Assembly: GCF_006345805.1 (NCBI RefSeq)
Contig: NW_021834401.1
Location: forward strand, 1-48,830
Direction of reading: 5' to 3'
From: Octopus sinensis
Lineage: Eukaryota
DNA: 48,830 bases
Below, piece after piece: positions 23,030 through 37,105 of this stretch (position 1 is the stretch's first letter; every line of letters starts with the position of its first letter). Under the pieces are notes generated by a model. That model was not told the DNA's origin. It worked only from the letters and a program-made list of their open reading frames with translations, and did not search any database. The position numbers were made by a program, and so were the translations under genes.

Positions 23030-23030
<1 letters not shown>
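20117..23030 (-). mobile_element. 5'-truncated RTE-clade LINE with (ATG)n tail
   Basis: QHRLVVSDF (endonuclease end), NYRGIKLL, QFGFVPGKSTTDAIF, YADD, FRYLGD, HGSETWA and RLRWYGHV; few frameshifts; (CAT)n at 20117-20143. Confidence 0.95.
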
Positions 23031-23065
<35 letters not shown>

Positions 23066-23077
23066 AAAAAGAAAAAA

Positions 23078-23186
23078 GAAGAAGAAGAAGAAGAAGAAGA
23101 AGAAGAAGAAGAAGAAGAAGAAGAAGAAGAAGAAGAAGAAGAAGAAGAAGAAGAAGAAGAAGAGAGAAGAAGAAGAAGAAGAAGAA
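23078..23186. repeat. (GAA)n tract
   Basis: Near-pure GAA run with one interruption. Confidence 0.98.
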
Positions 23187-24328
23187 GCTCTCTCAGCGAA
23201 CGGAACCTGCACCACGTCAGTACAAACGTCCTCTCAACGATTAGGTAGAGATAATTTTGAACATGCAAATATCTAAAATAAACTCAGCTCCTATCAAAAA
23301 TGACAATAGTGAAAAGGAACAAGATTGCTCTCAAAAATTAATTAATAAAACAGAAAAATAATTTATACAATAGCGAAATATATACCCCAATCATTTTCCC
23401 GTACCGAATCGATTCCTAAATCTAGACACTTGGTGCGCGTCGTGATACTAAATATCCCTGGCATTTTCATTCGAAAACAACCAGCGTTTGTCTCTTTCAT
23501 AGACATATAAAATAAACAACCACGACTGATAATAATACCGGAAAGGCGTGGTAATAACGTGTCTTAAATGGCAGAACATTGCGGAGTGGACTCTACGCCA
23601 GATTCAGGCCGAGTTCGCTAAGGGATTATTGAACCTTTCGCAGAAACATTCTAATCCAATCCTAGTGATATCTGAAGTAGAATTGTTTTTATATTACTAA
23701 ATATTAATCTTATATTAGACTATTGGTAATTAAATTCTAGAAGTTATTATAGTCCACTCTGCTCGGTTGTGACATTCAAGACATATTATGGTTTCCGAAA
23801 CAATACACAATGCCTGAAGTGAACTACAATACTCTCCTACACACACACACACACACACACATGTATATATATATATAGTAAAAGAAAAGAGGAATTTAGA
23901 TTATCCCAACGTTGTGAGTTGTAATGTATATAAGAAATTAAGAAAGGAAAACACGCACACTTACATAGTTTTAATATCATTTTTAATATATCGACCGGTT
24001 TCGCTATCGTTATTTATGATATAATGCTTTACATAATGAATATGTATTTTTTCTTAAGAAGAAAAATTTGTCCATGTTGTGTGTGATGAAATTCACAATT
24101 GAATGACTTCACAAGTAGATAAATAATGAGAGGTAATTGGCTGTCATTATTATGGTTATTGTTTTGGGTACGGGAGATAACTCTTCAGCTTTCAGTAATG
24201 TAAGGGGAATATATATGTGTACAGACAAAGGCATGTTTCGAAAACTTGTCTGTATATATGTGTGTGTGTATGTAAGTGTGTTTGTGTGTGTGTGTATGTG
24301 TTTTTTGTGTGTGTGTGTGTATGAATGT

Positions 24329-25585
24329 ATAGGAAGGTTGTAGGAAAAGTTTTCAGCGTAACATTGAAACGATGCTGCTAGGTAGCGGAACCAATTTTTC
24401 TCATGACTACAGGCTTTGCGGAATATTCTTTACTTATTTTCATGATTCTGATATTTTAATTTTTTTTTCAAATTTTTGAATATACAAGTGTCGAGTTTCC
24501 TAGGAAAATGGAGAAAACTGAGTATCGTGTTGTCATAAAGTACGTTCATTTGAAAGGCTTCACTCCGTCAGAAGTCCATGATGATATGGTGAAAAATTTA
24601 ACAGACACTATCCCTTCATATGCAACATTCAAATGCTGGGTAACTTAACTCAAAGTGACTGGTTAAGTGTGGAAGATGAACGAGACCAGTGAGACGTCCA
24701 ACTGGAACAAACAAAGATAGCCGTCAACTTGTTACTGGTCTCATACCGCTAGATCGACGAAGATCCTGTCGTTGCATAGCCTAGAGACTAAGCATAGGCT
24801 TTGAAAGAGCAGGCAGCATTGTCACAAGAAATCATGGCTTTTCGCCTTTTGATCCCTAAACAGAAACGCCCCAGAGGCACACTGTCAACGAGGGATCTGA
24901 ATCGCTTTGTAGCCGATGAAGAGAATTTTCTTGTTCGTTTCATTTCTATTGTGGAAAATTAGTTTCATCACGAACAGCATGAAAAGACGAACAATCAAAG
25001 CAGCGGAAGCACACAAATTCTCCAACACCAAAGAAAGCCTTGGTCATTCCTTCAGCTGGCAATGTCATGGCATCCGTGTTGTTTTTTTCGGTGGGGGATT
25101 CTCGATTATATCGAAAAATTGTCAAAATAAAATGACTGCGTTATTCTCAGCTAGAGAGACGCCTTCGAGAAGCAATCAAAGAAACATAGCTGAGAATGTT
25201 CATCAGAAGAGTTACTTTTCATCACGACGATGCTGCAGCCTACACTTTTGTGGTAGTCATGGCAAAAGTTCGTGATTGTGGATACGAACATGTTCCGCAC
25301 CCGTCTAATTCGCCAGACTTCGCCCCCTCTGATTTTCAACAGTTCCCCCCAAAATGTAAAAAGCTCTGGCTGGTAGACATTTTGCCAGTGAAAATGGCGT
25401 CATAGAAATTTTTTGGCATCTCCAACAAAAGAGATCTTCTACGCCGGTATAATGGCGATTCATCATCGCTGGAGAAACTGTTCAGCCATCGCGTGGGGTG
25501 GGAGGGAGTATTTTGAGAAATTAATCATCAGCAGTTTCCTAACATGTTTTCCTTTTTGAGGCTCAAGACTTTACATACACACCTC

Positions 25586-25590
<5 letters not shown>
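24329..25590 (+). mobile_element. Decayed mariner-type DNA transposon
   Basis: MEKTEYRVVIKY...TPSEVHDDMV from 24508; later HHDDA and HPSNSPDFAPSDF (D,D34D-type motif); ends cacacctcgtgTA. Confidence 0.85.
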
Positions 25591-25628
<38 letters not shown>

Positions 25629-26329
25629 ATATATATCTGTATAAGTAATATATGACAATTATTCGATTTCCACCTCGGCATCCAAAACTCGGAGCTTTAT
25701 CATAGCTACCGAATAATTGTCACATATTACTTTTACACATAAAATCGTCTATTTACATAATATCGAGGTCTCATTGTTTCTCTTGTTATCTTAACGTTGT
25801 TATCAATAAGTATGCACAACGTCTGATGTTTTGACATCTCCTTCACCTTCGTTGTCCTCCATCACTCAGAAAGTAAATTTGAAGTAGCTGTGCTTGCAAC
25901 GTATTCATAGACCTGCCATTTATCTTTCAACGAGTATGTTAATCCATGTTCCAATATATCTTTAGATGCACCAAGCGATGACATCTGAAATGTGGCGTTG
26001 ACTTCTGTGATACTGTTTAGAAAATCCTTTGATTGAATGGAAAGGCCTTCCAGACAATCTATAAGAGTTTCAGAAGGTCTTGCTTGTAGTGCTAATGTTA
26101 CATTACCGTTTGAGTAGCGTGTGTCATTAATTTAATTTTAAAGTTTATAAGCTATGCTGAGATGTTAATTTCAATTTAGCACACGACTATCGACAAAAGT
26201 ATCTTTTCACAGGAAGGGTTGGATCACATTTGAAAGCAGCTGTAGGAGTTGTGAAGAACGAATTTGTACGTGGTCATTATATGTAAGGTATCCTAATGGA
26301 CCACTGACCAATCAGAAAAAAAAAACATA

Positions 26330-26890
26330 TCGTTCAATAATCCAGCGTGAAGTGCTGCAGCATGCGTTTGCTGATCATTGGGAAGTCATTTCCTCTTTGC
26401 TGATCTTGGGAAAGTCTCATTTCTTTTGGAGAGCTTGTGAAAATGTCACCTTGCATCTCTTTTGAAACTCCATCCGATGTGCTGACCAATGCATTTGCTA
26501 ACCTTGGTAAAGTCTCATCTCCCTCTCCCTTCACTAATGGTCCTCCATCTGACGTGCTGTAGCATGTCCAGCTGATCTTGAGCAACTCTCATCTCTCATC
26601 TGTCTTGAGATCCCATTTGATGTGGTGCTGGATGCCTTTTCTGATCTTCGGAAAACATCATCTCACCGCCATCTTCGGACTCTATTTCACGTGCTGCAGT
26701 ATGAGCTTGGTGATCTTTAGTAAGTCTCACCACCTTTCTCTTTTGAGACTCTCGCCCTCGGTTTTCTACAATTCTCCTTGATTTATACTCCTTTCTTGAC
26801 ATATTACGTCTTTGCTTTGGGGACATACATTTTTCCATTGGACGGACACCTATAAATCTGTTCGCTTTATAAGGTGACACATCAGATTGA
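26330..26890 (-). mobile_element. Highly decayed non-LTR (RTE-like) 3' fragment
   Basis: Only the LLKISW-like motif and a non-AT-rich composition support it. Confidence 0.3.
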
Positions 26891-27427
26891 AATGGTTATA
26901 CTAAGATCTTTATAAGTGCAAAGCCAATGGGGAATTTAGGAGACCGCATAACACTCAACTACCAAAAATATATTTTACTAAATCGCGTTGGTGTTTTGCA
27001 GTTACTAAAGTACGCTGGGAGTTCAATGTATCTGTGAAATAAAAACGGATAATTTGGAAATTTATAGTTCCAAGAAGGTTAGGTCTGAGTAAACTGTGCT
27101 ATGAAGCTATGCATGCCCTCGGTATAATTGCGTTCAATTCAAATGCTAAGTAAAAGAATTTCAAGAGTGGAAACAATTTATTGATATGAGAGGCGGTGTG
27201 TAAAATTCTCTAGGCTTTGTGTGAAATGAAGTAGTATGAATATCAGTTAATTATTTTGTTTTCATAGGATATACGTTTGTAAGATAATACACGTATTGCA
27301 TCGGTCCTTTGTATGCTTTAAGCATTGTGAAGGAACTCGGAACGTTGAACATCTAGCGACCGCTTTGATGATTCACTAAAAGTAGGGATTTTTCACTACT
27401 ATTCGTATATATCTATATTAGTATATG

Positions 27428-28140
27428 TTAGTTAGTTAGTTAGTTAGTTAATTATTGGCTCAAAAAGCAAAAAGCAAGGCCATGTAGGGGGACATCGAGT
27501 CATGTACAGTGTGGTGTTCATGTAAAGAGTTCAGGCCACTTGTGGTCAAGGGAGACTTTGAAAAGAGCGATCGTCGGCATCTTCACTATCTCGTCCAGCA
27601 GCTTATTCCACGGATCTGCAACCCGGACGGAGAAAGCCCCTCTCCTTCGATTGAAATGAAATCGTCGCAGAGAGAGCTTTTCGGAGTGACCCCGCAGCCG
27701 ACACTCTAGAACAGGTGTGAAGAACAGCTCTTTCGAGACGTTACACTTTCCGCTTATGATGTTATGAGCAAGAATGAGATCACCACGGCGTCGTCGTTTT
27801 TCTAGAGAATGAAGATGGAGCGTCTTTAGCCTTTCTTCATAAGACAAATGCTTGAGACCAAGAACCATGCAGGTAACCAGCTTCTGGACTCTTTCAAGAT
27901 GCTGTATGTCTTTGAGGAGATAAGGAGAAGAGGCTTGGATCCCGTTCTTCAATATGGGTCACACCAGATGACACAGAGCGGTAGGAATAGGCTGCTGTGT
28001 GCATTCCGAATGACCGTCAAATCAAGAACAGATCTCCGCGTAATTCTTGGCAGTTCGGACGCATTGGGCCGAAGGCGAAAAGTAAGAATCCACCAAGATA
28101 CCCAGGTCCTTTACCTGGTCGGTCCTCTCCAGCAGCAGAC
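27428..28140 (-). mobile_element. 5'-truncated CR1-like LINE, same family as 3093-3923
   Basis: ORF 27518-27952 is a close homologue of 3259-3756; (TTAG)n tail at 27428. Confidence 0.9.
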
Positions 28141-28816
28141 GACCTATATATATAGACGCATAGGTACATACATAGCAAAATGTCATAGAAATATAAAGTT
28201 ATGGATGATACTTTGATTTACTAAATTATGTAGAAACAGAAAATAATGAACAATGAAAATTAAAACAATATGACTAAATCTTTATCTAAAGTGACAAGGA
28301 AAATAAATTGTGAGAACTCCATCGGGGTGCTCGGCAATAAATTCGATGGAGACAAATTTAAATGCTCTTGGAATATTGTTCTATCTTAAATAAACAAATC
28401 CAGCGTAACATATGTGTTTGTACGTTATTAAGTCGTTCTTTATTCAATCTCAATAATTTAGCCAGCAAAATAATTTGCAACAAAATGTTTTTTTCTTATA
28501 TAGACTCATATATTTAAAGAAATATTTTCCTGTTTCATATAAAAATTTACGTACAAACACAGGAACATACATACCTAACTACCTATATACACATGAGTGT
28601 ATGTATGTATGGTTGTATATGCACTCTCTCTGTCTGTCTCTCTCACACACATACACACACAGACATGTATATACATATAAAGAGGGATAGATAGATGAAT
28701 ATATATATGCATATACATACACAGATATATATTATATATATATACTCATTCACACTCACAAATGTATATATATATATATATATCCGCACACACCTATATG
28801 CATATATATATATATA

Positions 28817-29710
28817 CAGGCTTTGACAAAAATAATGGAAACACCTCATAATTTCAAACAAATTTATTTGAAGATGAGGTAGTGCCAACTTTGGCAGTAA
28901 TTACACCTTAAATTGTGTGGACTCGTACGGAGTTTTAAGTGTTTACTAAGGAATTATTATGTATTCTTCAGCCAAAGCATTCTCTAATTCTTCTATTGAT
29001 AACGGTGGATGACATCGACTCATTATTTGTGTATCTAAAATGCACCCTAGAAGTTCAATATTATTGAGGTCTAAAACCTGAAGACACCGAATACGTGGTT
29101 TACCTTCACTAGAATGTCCCTCGTGCCATTCAGTAACAACATTAGCTGTGTGAAATGGTGCATTATCACCCTGAATTATTTCGTTTCTCTCCAGGAACAT
29201 TTTCGCAAACATAGGATGATATTAATAAGATAAAATGCTTAAATAGTCGTAATTATTAATTCTGCCATGACGCGAAACCACTGAGCCGGCGAATTTGCAA
29301 TATATAGCGCCCACCCAACAATATCATCATGTTTCCTCCTGCATTTATAACAGTTGAAAGGAGGCAGTCTGCGTCAAAAGCTTCTTCTGGTTCCTTTAAG
29401 ACGTTTAATTTGCCGGTCTTTGGAAGTATACTAAAGGTTGCCTCGTGAGAGAAAATAACATTTTTTCTTCTCTAGGGACCAATTCTGTAGGATTTCACAC
29501 CACTAAAAAACGCTTTGCAACGTTTGTTTATGAAAGTAGTGGTTTATAGATTTCTATGATTTCTCTTGTGTTCGACGGTCCCATTCTGAAAGTTTGGGTG
29601 TTCTTCTGGATTTTTTTTCTACTAGGATGTTGTCTCTCTTTGCCAAAGGCTGTCAGTAACTTCTGAGTATGTGGTACAAGGTATGGTTGTTAAATTGAGA
29701 GATTGGTGCA
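28817..29710 (-). mobile_element. Decayed Tc1-like transposon (right end uncertain)
   Basis: QGDNAPFHTA...DLNNIELLG (Tc1 D,D34E region); starts TA-CAGGCTTTGACAAAAATAATGGAAACACC. Confidence 0.75.
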
Positions 29711-30271
29711 TGACGAAATATATGAGAGAACCAAATTATATTTTAAATATATTTTGATTTTGTAATATGCATTATATTTAGATTACCGGATAATATAATG
29801 AAATTTATACAAAGGCATTATGGATTGCTACAGAGGAATTACCAAGAAGACATACGAATTTCAAGAGGATCAAACTAAAGCATATACAAATTTCACATTT
29901 CTCAACTAACTATATGAACTATACTTGGAACGATAATATGACGGATTTTAAATATGAATATTATGGATTATTGCAGAAGAATAACCAAGGAAGTATATAT
30001 GGATTTAAAGAATCTCATCAAAAGCAGTAATTTTTAATTGTTAATTTATCCTTCAAACAAATAATATTTTATACATTTACTTCAAATTATAAAAAAAAAA
30101 AATCTATCATTCGATATGTTATACACAATTCTAATTTTATATCTCTGAAGAGCAGAAGCGTTGTCTATAAATGCTTATCACTATAGGAGTTCATTATAGG
30201 GAAAATTCTAATGTTAAACGATCGTAAAGTGCTTTAAATAATTAATTCAAAACTTGTAAACTGTAATATAC

Positions 30272-31417
30272 TGTTACGAAACGGACGGAATCGCCCGCCG
30301 TCGTCGCTCGCCCCGAACGGCTCACAAGTTCCGCCACGGAACCCAAAGAGGAGGAGAGAGGAGAGATACAACAACAACCACAGCAGCACAGCACAGAGAT
30401 ACAGAGGCACAACCCGAGATACAACCCAAAGAGAGGCAAGGCAACAGAGACACTGGCTTATATTCAATCAACAGTTTATACGACAACTACAATTGTTACA
30501 ACATCAAGATACATCAGAGCATGCACGTGACTACTCAATACATCATACAACAGATCAATGCATTTAACAACATCATGTAACAGATCAAAGCATAATACAA
30601 CAGCATTTCAAGAGTACAATTCAAAGTTCACGTCCACAGACAACAGTTCTTTTAAAGTCTCTTTCTGAACATCACAGATAAAGTCACATCAACAAGTCCT
30701 TTACTCAATTCTGAACATAAATACCACAACTCCATAATCGACATATCGACAGAGTCTCTGACTATTCTCTTCACTGTTCAATACACAAATCTCATACCTC
30801 AATTCCTAATTGAATCTGCCAGTGTCCCATTCCTCTCAATCCTGCTAATTCCTCTGAATACTGCTAAATCCTTCTGTACATATCCCATCTGCATATATCC
30901 CAATCAGTGCCGCCAAGCTTTCGCATCCCAGCTCGCTCCTAAGAATTCCAACGCTTCCAATATTCCATCCACTCCCTCTGACCTCCAGAGTCCGTCTGTC
31001 TTCTTCGACAACCAACCACGAACTGCCAGACCTCACTTCGTCTCTGTCCTTCTTCCACTACCTCATCTCCCTCTGTCTATATCGCTCTTACCCTTTCTAA
31101 CTGCTCTCTTAGCCTTATACTCTATCTCTATTCTCAATCTGTCCCTACTGCTCTCTTAGCATTTCTATTTGCTATCTGATTCCTTACTCTATCTATATCG
31201 CCTCAATCTATTACCCTCTCCATCTGTTCTTAGATTCCCTTAATCTGTCCTCCTCTCTCACTCCACACTGACCCTCTTCTCAGCCGCACGATGTCACAGG
31301 TCATTACGAAACCCATCAGTCCTCCATTAGACAAAAGACTGTCACATTTTCACCAGACATGATGGTGCCATTATTCCTATGTGGGTCAGAAACACTGCAC
31401 TAGTTAAACCCGTAACA
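30272..31417. mobile_element. Probable solo LTR (1146 bp)
   Basis: Bounded by TGTTACG...CGTAACA; flanks ATAC/CTAC are a 4-bp TSD with one mismatch; no coding capacity. Confidence 0.55.
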
Positions 31418-32069
31418 CTACGTTATATAATTTTACTTATACATATTTACATATATTTTATACATATTTACATTTATTTATATATCTTTAATACAACAAT
31501 CATTTTTTTCACACGTGTATATCTTTCTGATGTGTTCTGATATTGATTTTTTAATACTACTAATAATAATATAATATTAAGAAATATATATATATATATA
31601 TATGTATATATACTCGCTCGTATTAATTATATAAATACTTTAATAGCATCAATACTTTGATACAATTGAGCACTCAATATTAATTCAATATATAATATTC
31701 TCACTGAATATAATTAACGAAAGACTTATGCAGATTGAAAGTTTCAAACACTGGAATATCATGTTCGCTATACATTTAAGAGGAATATATGATGTAGGTT
31801 CCATACAAGCACAGCTCCATCAAATTAGCCTTAACATGACGACACATAGAAAGTAAATCAATACTGAAATTAATAACTTCTCACGTATATAATACAAGCG
31901 TCAAATATAGAGCATTAATCACAAAGACGATGAAGTTACACTCTGACTAAACCATCTGTTACATTAAATTGCATAATATAAGATGAAGTAACGAGGAAGG
32001 GAAGTGAGGATACTAAAAAAGAAGTGAACCATACACCATAAGAACAAGCATTTTACAGGAAACGGCATT

Positions 32070-32106
32070 ATGAAGATACTCATTTTTATTGCACTTCTCA
32101 TATCCC
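32070..32106 (+). CDS. Gene B coding exon 1 (signal peptide [12 protein letters not shown], phase 1)
   Basis: ATG at 32070, hydrophobic codons, donor GTGAGT at 32107. ttttacag at 32051-32058 may be a 5'-UTR acceptor. Homologous to 45834-45872. Confidence 0.8.
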
Positions 32107-35100
32107 GTGAGTAATATTATTTCCTTAACAGGAGCTCTAATAGCTACTATGCAATACATTTTAATATATATATATATATATACATATTAGAATTTATGTT
32201 ATCTAAGAGATATCACCACGCTTGAAATATGCATACTGCAATCAATGACGATTGGAATGTAAGCTTTATCAGTTACACATAACGGTTATTTTTAACATTT
32301 TCCATCCATCGTAAACCCTGACCGTGTCTCATATGTATCTCCACTAAACTAATATGAAGAATCCAATGGTGTTATTTCATATTTAGAACATTTCATCTCA
32401 CATTTTTAAAAGTTTGTATTATCTTTTTATTTGTTTTAATACTTTATAAAAAATTTATACCTATTTATATTTTGTTTTATATTTTTTTATATTTTAGTGT
32501 TTTTACTCTCTTTTTATCTGCAGCTTACTTTTGAGTTTTTAAGGATACGTTATTTATTTAGTTGTATTATTTATCTGAATTCAGTTAAAATTCATAGCAT
32601 ATAGTTTACTGTATGTTTACAAATATTCGAATCCCATCAAACAAATGCACTTTCAAAATTTAGGTTTTAACATTTTCCCCACTAATACTCTATACTGGTC
32701 ACCTCACTATAATTAACTCAATATCAACCCTGATTAACTCCTCTCATCATACTGTTGGAATGTGACAGTTTTCCCTCAGAATTAAAGTAAACGATTCGAA
32801 ACTTCCATCAATTAGGTGATGCGTTTAAAACATATATGAAGGTGTTTTTGTAATTAATTTATTTTTGAGATTTAATTTTATTTCTACTCTTATATCTTTA
32901 AATTTTATATTTTTGTAACATAGAAAGAAAATATTAATTACATCTATTCACTATCAATTTTCCTTCGCTTCCTTCTCCCAATATTGATAATTTCAATAAT
33001 CCTGAACTTATATCAATGATTATCGTATTATATGTTACGGATAAAAGAAGTAAAATACTTTGGATTATACAATCCTAATGAGGTTAAAACTTCCTGAAAG
33101 TAACTACACATATACACGCATGCACAAACACACACACAAACAGACACACATAAATGTATATATATATATATACATAAATACATATACACACGCATATGTA
33201 GAAGTGTTAAGGAATGGAGTGGATAATGTCCAAGCTGTTGTTGTTTTATGGAAAGCAGAACATTCGGAGTGGTAAATATCCAAGCGACATGTGCACAGCA
33301 AGGTGTCTTTCTCGTCATGTCTACATTATTTAAGTTATATTTACAATGATGTAAAGAGATGCATTCCAACATGCACCCGATTCGATGTGAAAGATCATTG
33401 AATCTTCCATTTATGTCAATATGTTCTAATATGCATTTGTATATAACATGGAAAATGCTTAAATGGAAAGTAATATTTTTTCGATTATAAATCTGGGAAA
33501 GTACAGGACAAGTTAGTAAACCTGGAAGAGTATAGAACAAGCTATTAATTCTATTTAAATAAAGAATAAGAACATTTTTACTTCGAATATTGCAGCAAAG
33601 AATGCCATTTCTCATTACTGATCGTTCTTTACAGTTCTCATTTTAAAAACGTATTGTACAATACTGTTCAGTTAATTTGTACGTTTGTCTAAATAGTCAC
33701 ATTTGCCGGTATTTCAAGTATTAAATTAGCCAAATTCTAGAGCTATTTGTATCCTACAATAAAAAAATTAATACTCAAAGTTTAATTTTAGCTATAATAT
33801 TTTAAATAAAAATTTCCAGGCATTGCTTTTATACGATAATTAATAATTTGTTAATTAATAAATTAAAATATTTTTTCTTATATAATGCTGAAAGATAATA
33901 TTTCAATGTTTCAATATGTGTATGTAGGTGAAAATAATATTTAAAGATTTTCATGTTCAATTATATATATGTTATGATTGAATTATTTGATATTACTCAT
34001 CCCACGCGAAATTAATGGCAGACATTTTTACCATGTTATCGGTTGCTCTATGACACCCCAGAAGTTACAAGGAACAAGACACCAAAACCATCTGTTACCT
34101 AGTTCTTTATTTTAAAATACCCATAGGCTCACGTTAAGTAACCTAGATCTCGAGTTGGTGATAATAACACTGACTGCTGCTCATCTAGATATATAGATAA
34201 TTATTCAATGCAAGAGAAATTATGAAAGCATATCTGATATACACAATTTAAAATTACCTACATCCCATTAATATAAATTTAATTTATGAAAAATCCCCTT
34301 CAATTATTCTTTAAATTTCAAAAATAAATTTGGAATATAATCACAGACCCAGCGAAAAGTGATTGTATTTCTGCCCCAATTAGGTTAGATACATATTGCT
34401 CAAGTATTAATGAATAAGACTGATTAAATAATTAAATAAAACAAAAGGAAATCAACTAAAAAGGAAAAGCAAAAGAGAGCAGAAAGCAAGTTAATTAAAT
34501 GTGAAACATGATTAATAATAAAAGTTAAATTTACCCTATTTCAACAGCATATTGAAAATAACTATATTAAATATTTCATTTAAACAATAAAATATACGAA
34601 AGATAAAATGACCTTCGCGGAAATTGAACTCAGAACGTAAAGATGGGAAAAAATCCGTTAAGAATTTCGCCCGGTGTCGTAAAATTTGTGCCAGCATTTC
34701 TGCTACCCTACATTAAAGACATTCGTGTTTATAATTACAATTATTGCGTGGGGCGTTTTACATTTCATAACATTTCACCTCATAACATTTTCTCTACGGA
34801 GTTTTGTTAAATGCGTCTAACGATTCTCAATTCCTCCACTATTTTTCTATCATTTAAGCCTATGGAAAGTAGACATTTATTTAAAATTAAAAGATTTAGT
34901 TAAGTGAAAATGAAAACCTACATTCCTGCCCACCTTGAAGACTCACATATTTTCATATAGATTTTTTCTACTGAACCAAATCTCAAACTATTTATGCCAT
35001 ATTCTAACGTAGCTGAGGAGGTGTCCTCTTTAAAACTTTTCACACTTTGCAATTTAGCTGAGAATTGGATAAGTGGTGAAGCTTGGAACCAGCTGCAATT

Positions 35101-35142
35101 GATGAACTGTTGGACTATATTCAACCACGGCCTTGGTTAATG

Positions 35143-35227
<85 letters not shown>

Positions 35228-35297
35228 ACTACATATATATGCGTGTATGTGTGTGTGTACACACGCAAACACACAAACGCATAGACACTAGAATTTA

Positions 35298-35328
<31 letters not shown>

Positions 35329-37024
35329 GGAGAGAGAGAGAGAGAGAGAGAAAGTGAGAGATAGAGAAAGAGAGATAGAGCGAGTACTCATGTACAATAT
35401 AGTTTTAGATTCACCAATCATATGCTGGTAAAATAATTTTGTCATTCCATAAATAATATGTATCCCTCAAACATGCAATAATCAGCTTAACATTTAGTGT
35501 ATAAATGTGAACAAAATGCCGAAATTTGCTGTCATTTTGCAACGAAAATGTATCGGTTGATTCGCAAAGGAATTCAAAATAAATAATATACAACCATATA
35601 AATATAAATAATATAAATAAATAATATAAAACTCAAGATTATTGGGAGTCATAAGTAAGTACGAAATCACTATGTAGAATCGCAGCACGATATTGTCCTT
35701 ATTCATTAAAAAAAACCTCTGGAATTATCTTTAGATATCGTAGCATTTCTTAGTATATTTATTCTTGCGACTGATTATATTTGTTCAATTACCCTTTATC
35801 AGTGCTATTAAAGTGAGAAACAGGCGTTTGTTTTTTTGTATAGCTAGCAATTTATATTACGTAATAAATAACTATAATTTGATTTTATCGTTTATAATAT
35901 TTTCATCGTGATATATAACTACTGCTTTTATAATACTTTATAATTAATGTTATTTCTATGAACATTAATTAACGTATATAATAATTAGAGTGTGTTCAGT
36001 ACATATTTCCAAAATTAAACGTAGATGTGAACGGGCTAGAAAGTGTGTTATCAGTCAGTTATGAGAATTTATAACACTATTCAAAATCTTATGTCTTCCT
36101 TTTCCTTTAGTAACGACAGGAAGTAAAGATCATTTCCAACATAACACGGCAGTCCTAGGTTAGGACGAATGTTGATGTAATTTAGCCCCAGGAGACATCT
36201 TCTCCAGATTTCTATAAAACTCTATCCTTGTCATTATATTTTCGAACAAGTGAATCTAGCACACCCACCCAGTTCGTAACAATATTCGACCGAACAATTA
36301 TTCTTTGCTGATGAAGGGAAATAAACCAAGGATCGCGATACACAGATATAGTTTTCAGTTGAGGGGGGATGCTAAATTCCCTTGTTCGAAAACATAACGG
36401 CACTGATCGTGTGGCGTAGCCAGCTGGACATGATGTCTCCTGGAGCTAAATTACAGCAACATTCCTCCTAAACCAGGAAAGCCATGCTATGTCGGCAAAT
36501 GATCTTTTCACCAAAGTACTGTTGCTGAATATCTCTCGTATTGAGATTTAGAAATAGTAACTTTCACAAGTAATGACATGTTGTAAATTTAATTTCCTAA
36601 TAGGTTTCTAAAACGTTTTGATGTTGGCCTATTCGCTATAAAAAAAATATTTCTTTTTCACTTTCTAGACCCTGTATCCCTTGGTCAGTATCCCGAATGT
36701 ATCCCTTGGGGAGTATGCCATCGATTAGCGAATTATGCATGTCCTGAGGAATATAGATATTACATAGGCAGCAGGTTAACAGGTTGCAGGTAAGATATTT
36801 ATTATTTCTAAAATACATACACAAACTTATTACAAAATAGGTAATTATAAATATAACAGTAAGTCTATCTATCAATCTCTCTCTCTCTCTCTTTCTATAT
36901 ATATATATATATATATTTATATAAATATATGCGTTGTGTGTATACACATATATACACATACATATGTATATATATACATATATGTATATATATATATATA
37001 TTATATATATAATATATATATATA

Positions 37025-37105
<81 letters not shown>

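Noticed and set aside
22947-23276. Poly-K/E/R/F/S ORFs
   Set aside because: Translations of the (GAA)n tract.
25640-25730. 21-bp inverted repeat with a short spacer
   Set aside because: Probably a repeat-element terminus; I could not assign a family or function.
29817-29997. Two about 38-bp similar segments encoding YGLLQ-like motifs
   Set aside because: Frames are interrupted and there are no splice signals or recognisable domain.
33202-33271. Possible exon ending TG/GTAAAT (A: TG/GTGAGT)
   Set aside because: Weak acceptor, incompatible phase, and most of the segment is missing in A.
33028-33615. 195-aa minus-strand ORF
   Set aside because: Crosses a microsatellite, has no motif, is antisense to B intron 1 and is not preserved in copy A.
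34910-34960. Short [18 protein letters not shown] conserved in B and C
   Set aside because: Explained by high overall B/C identity in this intronic block; no splice or expression support.
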